Made by a program: the position numbers and the translations under genes
Assembly: GCA_964016885.1 (NCBI GenBank)
Contig: OZ024743.1
Span: 45,508,001 to 45,572,000 of the forward strand
Direction: 5' to 3'
DNA length: 64,000 nucleotides
Source of the DNA: Eledone cirrhosa
Taxonomy: Eukaryota
Shown: piece by piece, positions 1 through 13,015 of the stretch
How positions within the stretch are numbered: the stretch's first letter is position 1
Layout of the letters: every line of letters begins with the position of its first letter
The notes under the pieces: model-generated
What the model saw: the letters and a program-made list of their open reading frames with translations, nothing else
Told to the model about the DNA's origin: nothing
Databases searched by the model: none

Positions 1-1390
1 AACGTTTGTAATACTCAATTGGACGATAGACGAAATCCGAGCAGTTGATGTTGGAACTCGAAAAATACTGAACAACACCGGAAACTTCCACATCAACAGT
101 GACATAGATCGCCTTTACTTGAACCATAAGCAGGGAGGCAGAGGCCTAACATCAGTCCAGACAACATTTGAATGTCGCATCATATCTCTCCGACAACATC
201 TACGAACCTCGAAGCGTAGGAGCCCGCTTTTCGAACAAGTCTATCTGCATGAAACAGATAAGATCATGAGAGTTGGGAAGGAACTCCTTGAGAGATATTC
301 CCTGTGTGATAATCAAAAACTCACACCCAGGGATGTCGATCAGCAGTATCGCAGTGAATTCATGGATGAAAAACTGCATGCCTATCAGCAAAAAATCATG
401 CATTGATATGTTGCCAGGAAGCTCCAGAGTGAGAGTAATATAGATAAGGAAAGTAGTCTATCTTGGACCAACAAACGCTATATTGGCTCCCACTTTGAAG
501 GATACGCTTTTGCAATCCAAGAACAGGAGATTAGCACGAAATACCTGATTCACAAAAGAGATAGGAATGCAGGCAAAACACCTATATGTGGTAACAAGTG
601 CAGACTCTGCAGAAGTAACATCGAGGATATCACCCATGTCATCAGCAGCTGCCCAAAGATGTCATCGCGGTACTATGAGGCATGATGTAGTGGCCAAAAC
701 ACTGTAAAATGCAGTTCGTAAAAAATATAGCCCCGATAATAAACACATTAAAAGCTACAACAATGTGGAAGATATCTATGTACATAATATGAAAGAGTAC
801 TGGTGGAATGATCCAGTAAAAACCCCAATAAAATGAAGGCATAACAGACCAGATATTATGATATGGGACAGGGTGAAGAAAACATGCACAGCAGATGCCA
901 ATATAATATCAAAGATTAGTGAAAAGGAGAATATTTATGCAGAACTGATGAGAAATCTGCAGATACTCCACCCTGATTACACCTTCAGATTTATGCATGT
1001 GATTATTGGGGCACTGGGATATGTTAGTAACTGCCCCAATACAAATCTTGAGAAGCTAGGCTTCACAGGAACAGAAAGAACACAACTAGTTAGGAAATTA
1101 CAAGTACGATCCATTAATGGAACAGTAAAAATATGTAAAACATTCCAAATATTTTGCATCTAATAACTGCATATACACATGTACAGATACAAAGCATATA
1201 CACATGCACACATACAACTCAAAATATACACATCCACACATACAATAACATCCATATCTACACATGCATGCATACATACATATCTACCTAGTTGATGTTG
1301 TGTAAATTCCAATGAGAGAGTCTTGTGCCTATGTTAGAAACCGACTCTCTCTCTGTTGGTAAAACTTTATTAAATTATAAAACCAGAAGA
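1..1390 (+). mobile_element. 3' part of a degenerate RLE-type non-LTR retrotransposon (R4/Dong-like)
   Basis: Post-RT motif GGRGL, CCHC knuckle CRLC..EDITHVISSC (~598-652), RHD motif, RPDIMIWD restriction-like endonuclease; stops and frameshifts; 3' UTR hairpin ~1309-1359; ends in (ACAT)n. Confidence 0.8.
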
Positions 1391-1402
1391 ACATACATAC
1401 AT

Positions 1403-1891
1403 ATGTTGAGATAGATGGCAGTAGAGAATACTGGGAGAATCTGAAAATAAAAACCGCCACCAAATTAAAGCACACCCGGCCTGATATTGTTGTTTGGGAC
1501 CACACATTGAAAACGTGCTCTGTTATAAAGATCAGCTGCCCAGTTGATGTCAACGTTGTCAGAAAATACAAGAGAAGGGGGAAATATACGGATCATTGAT
1601 GAGGAGTTTGCAGATCCAGTATCCAAGATACACCTTCAGCTTCATACCCATCATTATTAGAGTTACAGGTTATATACCAACCCGCTTGGACCAATGTATA
1701 ACTGAACTTGGATTTGTGGACAAAGAGCGCAGCTCCCTAATTCATGGACTACAAATGGCCGCGACATCTGGCACCTTCAAAATTAGCAAAACATTCTTGC
1801 GATTCAAGGGAAGACAATTTCTTTTCTTTGCAGCCTTGCCACCAGGAATGTGGCCGGTCAAAAATGTACTCAACATTAAGAGAAAGAGGAG
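1403..1891 (+). mobile_element. Second RLE-LINE 3' fragment of a different family
   Basis: YWENLKIKTATKLKHTRPDIVVWD..CSVIKISCPVD..YGSLMRSLQIQYPRYTFSFIPII..GTFKISKTFL parallels the C-terminus of the 1-1163 element; followed by (CATA)n. Confidence 0.75.
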
Positions 1892-2388
1892 CATACATAC
1901 ATGCATACATACATATACACATATGTATATGCATACATGCATTTATACATAGATACACACATACATACAAAGAAACACACACACATACACACATACAAAC
2001 ACACATACACACACCACAGGACCTTGATATGATCTATATGCTTTTATTGTTATTACACCACTAACCAGAACCAGATCTAGAATAATCTTGAACTTTTGAC
2101 TTAATTAAACCAACACACATGTATTGTAGAAACCTCCACACGTACGAGTGCAAGCACACAACAAGCACACACACACACTTAAAGACACACACACACACAC
2201 ACACTTAAATACACACAGACACACACTTAAACACACGTACAATCCACATGGCTTCATACTGTTATCTGTATTTTATTTGACTAGAGCAAAGTCTAGAAGT
2301 ACACACATTTATAAGGTGATACTTCAAATAGAAACTAACCATGAGTATAATAAATAGCTCACAAAATATCGGAACTCAATTTGTTCCT

Positions 2389-2566
2389 TGGCAGTATCGG
2401 TAGAGGGTCGGACGCCATGCTTTCCAGCATAGTTACGTCCCTTTACGATCTGAGTTCAAATCCCGCCGAGGTTGACTTTGCCTTTCATCCTTACGGGGTC
2501 GATAAAATAAAGTACCAGTAATGCACTGGGTAATTGCTGGCCTTGTGCCTAAAGTAGAAACAATTA
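2389..2566 (+). mobile_element. Nin-domain SINE (octopus-type)
   Basis: B-box-like gagttcaaatcc, then ctttgcctttcatccttacggggtcgataaaataaagtaccag; at least 6 copies in the window. Confidence 0.8.
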
Positions 2567-2778
2567 TTTGAAAAATTGGTCGTATTCAATAAAAAGCGGT
2601 AAAGAATGTTTGATAACATTTTAAATTGCTTGATGTACCAACTATAAAGAAACTATATTCTTTAAATCCACTTTAGTGTATTTCCACTGTTATTTTTACC
2701 GATAATCTTCGATTTGTGTGGAACTTTATCCTTATTTTTAACTATATACGTATATATACATATCAAATGTATATGCGT

Positions 2779-2897
2779 GAAGGCGTATGGCTGAGTGGTT
2801 AGAGAATTGGATTCGCAATCGTGAGGTTGTGAGTTCGATTCCAGAACAGGGCGATGCGTTATGTCCTTGAGCAAGACACTTTATTTCACGTTGCTCC
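2779..2897 (+). mobile_element. tRNA-derived SINE head (second family)
   Basis: A-box tggctgagtgg, B-box gagttcgattcc, core gtccttgagcaagacactttatttcacgttg shared with 18789 and 19594. Confidence 0.75.
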
Positions 2898-4131
2898 TTC
2901 TACCTGGAGTTGTGACCGATAGATAGTATTAGCAATTGGAAAGACCAATGGAAATGTATATGTGTGTGTGTACGTATGTGTATGTAATCTTACATGCATA
3001 CGCACACACTAATACATATATATCTTTATTGAATAATTATACAAAACGCAGCTGAAAACATCATAGGCTGACTATGAAGGATTTGTGCTAGATTTGTGCA
3101 ACCTTACGTGCATTAATTCCAACTATTCGTATTAATAACTGCATTGTTTCTTTCCAGGGACAATGTTGAAAAATAGACCTCATTTGGTCATTCCATGAGA
3201 GTATCTTAGTCAACCTATGAACTTTTTAGCCGACCCTTGAAGATCAAGAAGAGTAATGTGCAAGACATGGGTAGAATGGATCTCTATCGCTTTAGACGAT
3301 GAGTTTTACAATTGTAACTATTCGTTCATGATGCATCCTTTGCATGGCAACTGGAGGGCTATTCTGTAATATATATGGAATAAAAGGATATAAATTCGTG
3401 GATCAAATATTGAAAACTTTCCGTTCTTTTCAGTGACAGACAAAAATGTATTGCTACGAATAGACAGAATTTAATTAATGGACGTGCAGGAAATAATCTG
3501 TAGTTAAGCAATGATAGACTTCCCAGTTCGATCTCACTTAGTTACGGATTGACCCAGACTCCAAAAAACAAAACCTTGTGAGTGGAATGAGATAGGCAGA
3601 AATAGTGTGGTAACTTATCAGGTGTATTTTTCTTGTAATTCAAAAGGCCAACCTTCTTAACTATGCTCTACAGCGTCACACTGATTTTGTCAGAGATTTA
3701 CGTTAAAGATGCACGTGTCTATGACATAATCAAGCAATTATACGTCAATTCACTAGTCGAGCTTTCAGTTGATCGAACGACTGAATGCTCATTATCGAAA
3801 CCGACGGAAGATCCATCATCATCATTATCAGTTAATATAAACTAAACTAGCATTGAGCAGTGAAATTTCTCGATAATTTATATGTATTTATTCTACATAT
3901 ATTTCGTTGAATAACGTTAAATCTCTGTTGCATACTGGTGGATGAAACACTTCAAAAAGCCATTAAAAAAGGGGACTTAATGATGAGGAAATCCCTGTAA
4001 ATGGATGTCATGCCAACATTTCGATGAGTTAGTGAATAGTTCTATGTGTGTGTACGTGTGTGTGTACATGTGTGGTAGTATATGTTTGGGTGTGGCATAG
4101 AGTGATGCCATGCATTGAATATTATATCTTT

Positions 4132-4325
4132 AAAGGCGGTAGATTGGCAGTATCGGTAGAGGGTCTGACGCCATGCTTTCTAGCATAGACTTACGGCTCT
4201 TTACGTTCAGAGTTCAAATTCCGCTGAGGTTAACTTTGCCTTTCATCCTTACGGGGTCGATAAAATAAAGTACCAGTAATACACTGGAATAAGTGCTGGC
4301 CTTGTGCCAAAATTAGAAACAATTA
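4132..4325 (+). mobile_element. Nin-domain SINE, near full length
   Basis: Same family as 2389-2566. Confidence 0.8.
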
Positions 4326-4463
4326 TATATGTTTATAAAAATAAAAACCAGTATCAGTTATAATCTAGTTAGAAACTTCCGACGGTATTGTCATATGTGC
4401 CTTTGTATGTATGTGTATATATATATATATATATTTACGTGTTGTGTGTGTGCTTATGTATAC

Positions 4464-4529
<66 letters not shown>

Positions 4530-4858
4530 GTGTGTGTGTGTGTGTGTGTGTTCTAGGAGAGGGAAACTTTGAAAAAAACTGTGTGGCTTCGTAAGTATCC
4601 GATGATGTTGAGCAGTTCTCCTTCTCGGGTGGTGTTTTCGATGCTCAGAGAGTGGGATTGGTCGAGTGCAAGGCCTTTCACCACTTAAAAAACCTTCAAA
4701 GTACAGGCACTGCTTGTTCAGGTTGTGTTACAGATTCGTGTGGCTTGCCGTAGCCTAAGAGTGCGCCATTTTCTATAATCTGACAAATGAAAATGCAATA
4801 CTCTTAGCGGAGTTTGCAGCCATCATGTGTATATTGATACACGTATATATATACATAA

Positions 4859-4901
<43 letters not shown>

Positions 4902-5000
4902 TTTTGAGTTTATGTTGGTTGTATACCAACACCTCAGTATGCAGGCTGGAGCACTCGACGAAGTGCGCAGGTTGGTTTGGTTACTCCGGAGTAGTGTAAC

Positions 5001-5255
5001 ATAAAGTTAAATAAAAGTCAAATGATTAAAATTTAGCTTCGTTTATTACTGCTATATATATTTCAGTGACAGCCATCTTTGGCTGTGACCTCTTCAGGCA
5101 GTTTGAATTAGTATGGTATAGACAAGTACATATGTTGTTTAGGTGTAAAATATTGTCAATACTCTGATATGCCCAGTTCCTTGTTTGGTTGTTAATTCAC
5201 TGAGGAATTAACGAAGCTAAATTTTACTCATTTGACTTTTATTTAACTTTATTTT
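5001..5255 (-). mobile_element. Solo pLTR/3' end of a Penelope-like family with short inverted duplication
   Basis: Reverse-complement match to ~43650-43840; 5001-5043 is inverted-duplicated at ~5209-5252. Confidence 0.65.
5048..5102 (-). ncRNA. Type-I hammerhead ribozyme
   Basis: RC: actgc CTGAAGA gg tcacagcc aaagat ggctgtcact GAAA tatata TA gcagt; 5-bp stem I. Confidence 0.75.
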
Positions 5256-5274
5256 ATATATATATATATATATA

Positions 5275-7957
5275 AACAATGAAATAAAAACAAAGAACAG
5301 GTTCCTTATATTGAATAAATCATCATTTTACGATCGTTTCTGGGATATATATGTGTGTGTTGGTATGTATATCATATTAAAGATCTATGTAAAAAAATAT
5401 TACAAATTATCAGAGGAGATATACATACCTTCACTTATATATGCCATCTTCTGAAATGATGTATGTTTATTGTAAGAAACAAAGTATTAATACAGAAGGT
5501 CTGTTTGGGAACAGGTTTTGAATCGACCAATAGAAAATAGTTAGAAGTTGATAGAATAACAGTAGTAGAATTTTATGCTAGGAGTGGAGGAGTGTAAATT
5601 TATGCTTTGAATGAAAATAATACAGTGGAGAAGACAGAGATAGGGGTTAAAATGAGGTCAAGTCAATGAGATAGTGAAGGATTCCCCCCAAAATAAATTG
5701 ATGTTATTAAAGAATGCTGTTAAAAGTTAAGGAAAAATAATTTTTTGTGAGATGAGAGTGTCAGTGAGAAATACTACTCCTGTTTAAATTTCAAGGAACC
5801 TAGATACATGAAAGGAAATTAAATCAATTGATAGGTATACTTTCAGAATTAAAATTATATTAATTCTTATGAATGTGATAAATAAAGAGGTAAACAAATT
5901 TATAAAGAAAGACTGAAATAGATAAAATGTTATAAAAAGTAGTGTATCTATCTAAACATCCATAATATTAAAGATATTAATTATATTTACTAATCCTAGG
6001 CATTAAATAATCCTAGGTATTAAATGTGATAGATAGGGGATACGGTTAAAAGAAGTAGTGAGGTTAAAGATAACTTTAGGTAAAGTGAGCTGCAAGAGGA
6101 AAATAAAATAATGAAATTCTTTGTAGTAAATATCTAATTATAGGTTAACTAAATTTTAAAATAAATTTTTTTAATTAATTATAATAGTTTGTAAAATATA
6201 AGAGTGAGGTAAATATTAATTAAGTTTATAATATTTTGAGGTTTTTCTAATTCTATGATTGCATGATATAATTAACTCATGTCGCTTATTTAATAGGATA
6301 TCATTAGATTTCATGATTTCAAATAGAACTTGGGAGCATAACTTACACTCATATCTGCTATTTTGATAAGAGGTGGCCCTTTTGAGCACGCTCCAGGTCA
6401 GGTTGTAATCAATGTCCTTCTTTCTATAATTATTAATTGCTTCAGCCAAGGCGGTTGTATTAGTTAATGCGACATTTTTAAAACTATGTTTGTGTGTATT
6501 AAATCTTACTTTAAATTGGTTAGACGTAGCTCCTATATAGGATTGAGTGGAGTCCTTAGTACTAATTACACATTTATAGACTATGTTATTAATAAGACAA
6601 TTTCCCTTTAATGGACAATTTCTTTTAATTCTACAGTTACAGCCATTCGTAAATATTGTATCAGGAGAGTTAATTGTGTTATCTATAGTGGTATTAGTGT
6701 TACTATTTTCATTAATGTATGGTTTAAAATGGGTTGTAATTAGTATTGTTAGACAGGTTGTTGGCGGATGATAGTTTAGGGGATGTGGAGCTAGTAGAGT
6801 TCTGTTTGTTATGGAGATTATTAGTCAAAATTGGTGTGGAGTTTACGGGACCTATTATAGGTGAAGAAGAAGGTGGTTTGTTTTGGTTTACTTTAGTATT
6901 ATTAAGGTTGGTTTGATGTGTTGGTGGTATATTTATGGGTTTTTTACACTTATATCCCTCTTCATTTTCCTCTATTTCTGTTTCATCTTCCTCACCTACC
7001 CTTCCTCGTAGCTTATATTCTGTTGTATATTCTTGGTGGTGGAGTAGGAAAATGTGACAGTAGATCTATTTCAAATTTGATGGTATTTATGGTTTGGTGG
7101 GTAGTTTTTCTTTAGGATAGCAAATAATATTTTAGGGATATTGTCTTTAATCTGTAGATTAAATGGAGCATTATACCAAGTAACCTGTCTATTACGGTTT
7201 CGACATTGTTTCTTATATTTATATGATGTATCGGGAGGTTTACTGAGAGAGTTACTATTAGTGATTTTATTATATATAGGTTTAGTTAGATTAATTTGAT
7301 GTTTCAGTTTGATTACTAGGAATTTTGTTAGTTATGTTGTTGACATATGTAAGAGTATTAGGATGAATGGTTTTTGAAAATCATTATCTTTTATGTGAGA
7401 AGAGGTAGAGAAAATTAAATTTTGGGTTGGTGTTTTTAGGTGTAGTATGAGTGGCATTTAGGTGTGGGTTTTCATTTGGTGTTTGTTGGTAATATTAGGT
7501 TGTATGTTTGAAATATTATTGGTGCAAGGTATATAGACTAATTTGTTCTTATGGCCGCTTCTAGCTAAAGCTTCATTATAAAAGGGCGCGTTTTTATCGA
7601 ATACATCATGATTTGATGAAAGGTTAGAGATTCTGAGTGAGATATAATATGCTAGGTTTTTAAGGATAGATATAGGGTGATTAGATTGTGAGTGTATGTA
7701 ATGCAAGTTTTGGTTAGGTTTATGGTAAGGTTGGTAGATACCTGTGGATAGGTCCATAGTTATATCCAGGAAATTGACTATTTTACTGGTATTTTCAAAT
7801 GTAATAGTGAGATTATAATAGTCTTTGAGGAAAGTTCTAATAAGTTTTTTATCTTTCAATTTCTGATCGGCTAAGATTAGTGGATAGAAGAAGACAGTCA
7901 TCACGATATAAACCACCTTTAAGGTGGGGAAAAGATGAATTAATGTTAAATAGAAGA

Positions 7958-7960
<3 letters not shown>
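5275..7960 (-). mobile_element. Degenerate Penelope-like element (Hydra-type): RT C-half, GIY-YIG, 3' UTR/pLTR
   Basis: GGLYRDD (~7900-7920), VNFLDITM..YQPYHKPN..SNHP, CNC-x5-CPL..CL..NIVY..YIGATSN.FK, C-terminal CKLC..LNKRHE..SCNH; frameshifted; bounded by (TA)n. Confidence 0.85.
5321..5461 (-). ncRNA. Hammerhead ribozyme with long branched stem II (core reads CAGAAGA in this copy)
   Basis: RC: catcattt CAGAAGA tgg...~100 nt incl. ggtatgtatatc/gatatacatacc helix...cca GAAAC gatc GTA aaatgatg; 8-bp stem I, palindromic GATC loop. Confidence 0.65.
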
Positions 7961-8032
<72 letters not shown>

Positions 8033-8142
8033 TTATAGATTCCATATACTGGTGGTTTTTTCCCTGTTTTATTGAATGCGCACTGTATATCTCTCTCTGG
8101 TGTGTTACCTTTTCAACATATTGTATTTTATATATATATATA

Positions 8143-8440
8143 CTAGCATTAAAGCCCGGCGTTGCTCGGGGTCAGTAAGTTACCAAAGTTAGGTTGCACC
8201 ACCCATTTTATGGCAGCACTTTTTTGTCTGCCAGGCACTGGGTGAATGAATTGCAGACCTGGACTGCCGAAGCAGGAGCTGCGCCAGCAATGACAATTGT
8301 AGTTTCGCCTATGGATATTATCTCTGTGCAAAGAAGTGTTGAAATTTATTGTTTCACAGTACTTGCGCAACACGCGCGTAGACGATGCCAGCCGAACAAC
8401 AGAGCTGCGATGGAGTTGTTCTGCATGGTTGTCTAATGTG
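8143..8440 (-). mobile_element. Helitron-like 3' terminus (extent uncertain)
   Basis: CTAG next to (TA)n, preceded on the minus strand by GC hairpin cccggcgttgctcggg, similar to 50460 and 44842. Confidence 0.45.
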
Positions 8441-9112
8441 TGTTTTCTAAATTTAAGACAGTAGAGAAGGGTGTGATATGGGGGAGAGGTAGCTGCTGTT
8501 TCTAGCAGGTTTAGTGACCTCATAGAGGATATTATTGTGTATAGTAAATGAACTGATACTTCTTTCTTCCACGTTCATTGATAGATGTTTTAAAAAAGAT
8601 TTATCGCTATTTTTTTGTTGTTGAATAAATTTATCTGTTGCTTTTGAACAATTGTTGTTTCGTATGAAATGAAATAAGTTCTCTTTGTCATTGAAGTAAA
8701 TACATGTTTGACCGTTCCACACTCAAAAACAAACGTTCTCTCTCTCTCTCTTAAAGTTTGTAAGTTTAATCATCATCATTATCTATAAAAGGCAGATTGT
8801 TGTTGTTGTTGTGTGTGTGTGTGCATGTTCCATGTTTATACATTTGCACAATTTCAAACCGATTCGACTCGAAGTCTTTAAGAATGTTGTAAATGGTCTA
8901 ACTTAGGTCAACAACTATTTATTTCATTCAAACTCACCCCCATTGCGGAAATAATAGATAAAACTAAATACATGACGCTTTACCCCTCTAATACAATCAG
9001 ATTTATTCTCTCTACTCCCCTGCATTAGAGAAAGTTGCAGCATGTATGTAGTTTTACAGAAATACTCGGCCGTCGAAACGGCTTGAGTTCTACCGTTGGG
9101 GTCATACATTTT

Positions 9113-9287
<175 letters not shown>

Positions 9288-9315
9288 GCGTTCTTGAAGC
9301 TAGTAAAATGAGGTA

Positions 9316-9405
9316 TCCTCTTGATAAGTCGGCAGACCTCGCAAGGACTCTATATCTTTATGATGTATTGTTTTTGTTTATGCCACGAAACTACGTAGTC
9401 GAGGA
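9316..9405 (+). ncRNA. Type-I hammerhead ribozyme, U3-A8 covariant core
   Basis: tcctc TTGATAA gtcggca...tgccac GAAAC tacgta GTC gagga; palindromic stem III actacgtagt. Confidence 0.75.
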
Positions 9406-9908
9406 ATCTAGGAACAGTTTAGGTATGATACATTTTATTACTAATTATATCTAAATGTTTCTTCTCTCTTCATAATGTATTTTTAAATCTGATACTGGTC
9501 CAGTCTGATTCAACCGGATTGGCCTGTCCCAGTCATTCATTGAGCAACATCGGTAAGGTTGGCACCATTAACTCACGGTTGGGTGTGGATGCATTCATGT
9601 ATATGTGTGGGTCCGCATGTATCTGTGTGTTTCTAAATATATTGTTCATAACTCCCTCTGGTCGAGTAATCTTTGAAGTATGGTGACTGCTGGAAAGCTG
9701 CCATTACTCATACCTCTCGCCTCCTTCACCACCTCTTCTACGGCTTCGATATAAATACCCCCTCCGCCTCCGTGGTATTTTCTTCGGGGTTATAAGAGGC
9801 TTAGCTCTGTTTCTCGACCGTTATATCGCGTGACTATCTCCCCCTCCGCCTTTTGGGATTCTTTCTCACATCGTGTAGACGCGTTCTTGAAGCTAGTAAA
9901 ATGAGGTA

Positions 9909-9998
9909 TCCTCTTGATAAGTCGGCAGACCTCGCAAGGACTCTATATCTTTATGATGTATTGTTTTTGTTTATGCCATGAAACTACGTAGTCGAGGA
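9909..9998 (+). ncRNA. Second copy of the U3-A8 hammerhead
   Basis: Same fold; the stem II closing pair is G-U. Confidence 0.72.
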
Positions 9999-10226
9999 AT
10001 CTAGGAACAGTTTAGGTATGATACGTTTTTTTACTAATTATATCTAAATGTTTCTTCTCTCTTCATAATGTATTTTTAATTCTGATACTGGTCCAGTCTG
10101 ATTCAACCGGATTGGCCTGTCCCAGTCATTCATTGAGCAACATCGGTAAGGTTAGCACCATTAACTCACGGTTGGGTGTGGATGCATTCATGTATATGTG
10201 TGTGTCCGCATGTATCTGTGTGTTTC

Positions 10227-10275
<49 letters not shown>

Positions 10276-10421
10276 TATTTTCCGTAGTGTTGTAATAAGA
10301 ATATTACACACAGTAGATGGACAGCTCACGTAGAGTTTGCTCGACGGTTCCAGTTGTAGTTTCAAAAGTAATCCGGAGAAAATAGAAGGATTTAAATGGA
10401 TACAGTTTAGTTAAAAGCAAT

Positions 10422-10544
10422 TTATTGACACGTGTTTCAATAACAGTTACATAACCTGAAAACAGCTGCTATCTACAAAGTATTAGTTATGCAGACATTC
10501 AATATTTCAATGTTATTATATCAACTGTCATTTCATCAGAATAA
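10422..10544 (-). ncRNA. Hammerhead ribozyme in the inverted pLTR
   Basis: Mirror of 12720-12840. Confidence 0.7.
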
Positions 10545-12149
10545 TTTTATTGAGAACCTGTTTGGTTTTTATAGAGAATATTAGGAGGGAGGGGTGAAGT
10601 TGTTAGAAGAATAGTTGAGGGAGTGGGTTTTTGATGGCAGTGATAATTTTTGGTGGCAGTTAAAAACCTAAATAACCAAAAACTAGAAAAATTACGCAAA
10701 GAAATAAGAAAATTACTACTCGAAATAGGACTAACTATAACATATGAATACAACCTTAAAGTAGTTAACTTCCTGGATGTCACACTCAATTTAAACTCTG
10801 GTCTGATTAAACCGTTTCATAAATTGAATGAAAATCTCAAGTACGTAACTGTTGGGTCTAACCACCCCATCTCTATAATTAAATCTATCCCTAAAAATAT
10901 TTCCCTTAGAATCTCGGGTCTATCTTCTAACATACAAGTATTTAAGGAACACGCCGAGTACTATGATAACGCCCTTAGTAAAGCAGGCTACCTCAACAAA
11001 ATAGAGTATCTAGATGAAAACAATCAAAACACCCAAAATAAATCCCACATAGGTAGATATAATAACACAACACCAAACCACACTTACTACCATAGTATAC
11101 ACACCAGTAAACCAACAAACAAAACTAATAGAAAGCGATGTAAAGAGTACTTATGGTATAACCCTGAATACAATAGTTCCATTAGTACAAATTTACCAGT
11201 ACTCTTCTTTAAAATAATTAAGAGACATTTTCCTACATCACACAAATACCACAAAATCCTAAACCCTACAACTATATGAACAACACATAAAAAAGATCAA
11301 TACTAGAAGGTTAAACGAAAACACTAAAAACTTAAGTACAAAGAACACAAAAAAAACAGTAGACAATACACTACAGAACATAAATAAACCACACCTAAGT
11401 TCGTCCGCAATACTACTCCAGAGAAAACCCAACGTACACAACTGTAACTGCACCTATCCTGACAACTGCCCCCTCGGCAATAACTGCCTGGAAAAAAATA
11501 TCATTTATAAGTGTACCATTAAATCCGGAGGCAACGAGTGGTATTACGTGGGATCAACGGCAACATCGTTTAAATCTCGATTATATAGGCATTCTTACTC
11601 AATAAAACACCAGAGCCAAAGAAATGTAACAACTTTAGCAGAAAAAGCTTGGACGCTCAGGGATAGCGATCAAAAGTTTACCCTAAAATGGGAGAAATTA
11701 GCTAAACCCAAAGCTTTTCCAGGAGCCAAAATTTCTGCAAATTGTGTAATCTTGAGATTTATTACATAATCACACACAAGAAGAAATTGCTTAATAACAG
11801 AATTGAACGAACATTATTCTGCCGTCACCGAACTAAAACCCTTCTTTCCCACTACAAGCTGAATATTACATAAAAGAGGGACATCCCCCAACTATATAAA
11901 CCTCAATCTAGTTAGAAAAATATAAAAACAATCTCTTCTCAACATATATATGTATATTAATAACCTCAAATTACCACACTAATAATGGAAAGATATGCTG
12001 ATGAGAATAGGTGCGAATATGCTATAATGAATGTGTCAAAAAGCGACCATATGTATGTATATATATGTGAAAATGTATATAAATAAGTAAATATATATAT
12101 ATATGTTTGATGTGTATAGTTAGATGTAAGTGTATTCATGTATTAAAGT

Positions 12150-12188
<39 letters not shown>

Positions 12189-12719
12189 GACAGGAGTATG
12201 TATGTATATAAGTGTGTGTCTATACGTGTGTATATAAAGATAGGTTGAGTATGAAAATTTATACACATGAATGCGTATGTATGTACATATATATAAGTAT
12301 ATATATGTATATATATATATGTGCATGTATATATGTATGTAAGTATGAGCATGTAAGTATGTGTATGTGAGTATATGTATTTTGTAGAGGTGTGCATATA
12401 TGTTTGTATGTGAATGCGTGGGCGAAAGGATACGTACACTTGAAAGAAAAATTTAAGTCTGAATGTTAATTAAGTGCAAACACAAAACCAACCATGCATA
12501 TCTATACTATCTCTAATCCTTCTATAGATTTAGAAAATTAACCAACGCCAAATAATATATTCTATAAAAAATGTCAAAACAACAGATGGGAATCTAATTA
12601 CTCACTGCCACCAAAAATTATCACTGCTATCAAAAAACCACTCCCTCAACTATTCTTCTAACAACTTCACCCCTCCCTCCTAATATTCTCTATAAAAACC
12701 AAACAGGTTCTCAATAAAA

Positions 12720-12840
12720 TTATTCTGATGAAATGACAGTTGATAATAACATTGAAATATTGAATGTCTGCATAACTAATACTTTGTAGATAGCAGCTGT
12801 TTTCAGGTTATGTAACTGTTATTGAAACACGTGTCAATAA
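12720..12840 (+). ncRNA. Type-I hammerhead ribozyme with ~90-nt stem II domain
   Basis: ttatt CTGATGA aatgacagtt...aactgttatt GAAAC acgt GTC aataa; palindromic ACGT loop; AATAAA overlaps stem I. Confidence 0.75.
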
Positions 12841-12874
12841 ATTCCTTTTAACTAAACTGTATCCATTTAAATCC

Positions 12875-12923
<49 letters not shown>

Positions 12924-13015
12924 TAGAAGTGGTATTTAATTTGTTGGAAGTCCGACGACAAACATAAATGTTTATAACTGATTTAGAGCACTCAATGGTT
13001 ACTGGAGTAAATATT

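Larger units (their letters stand above)
10275..12880 (+). mobile_element. 5'-truncated Hydra-type Penelope-like element with inverted pLTR at its 5' end
   Basis: RT/thumb (VVNFLDVTL, PFHK, SNHP) from ~10661; CNC-x5-CPL..CL..IIY..YVGST..FK GIY-YIG ~11440-11870; 10382-10660 is the reverse complement of 12604-12880. Confidence 0.85.

Noticed and set aside
2779-2850. tRNA gene
   Set aside because: A/B boxes belong to a multi-copy SINE head; no complete cloverleaf
4666-4711. Hammerhead-like fold on the minus strand (agtgc CTG...GAAA ggcc TT gcact)
   Set aside because: ANGA of the core is missing; at best a decayed copy
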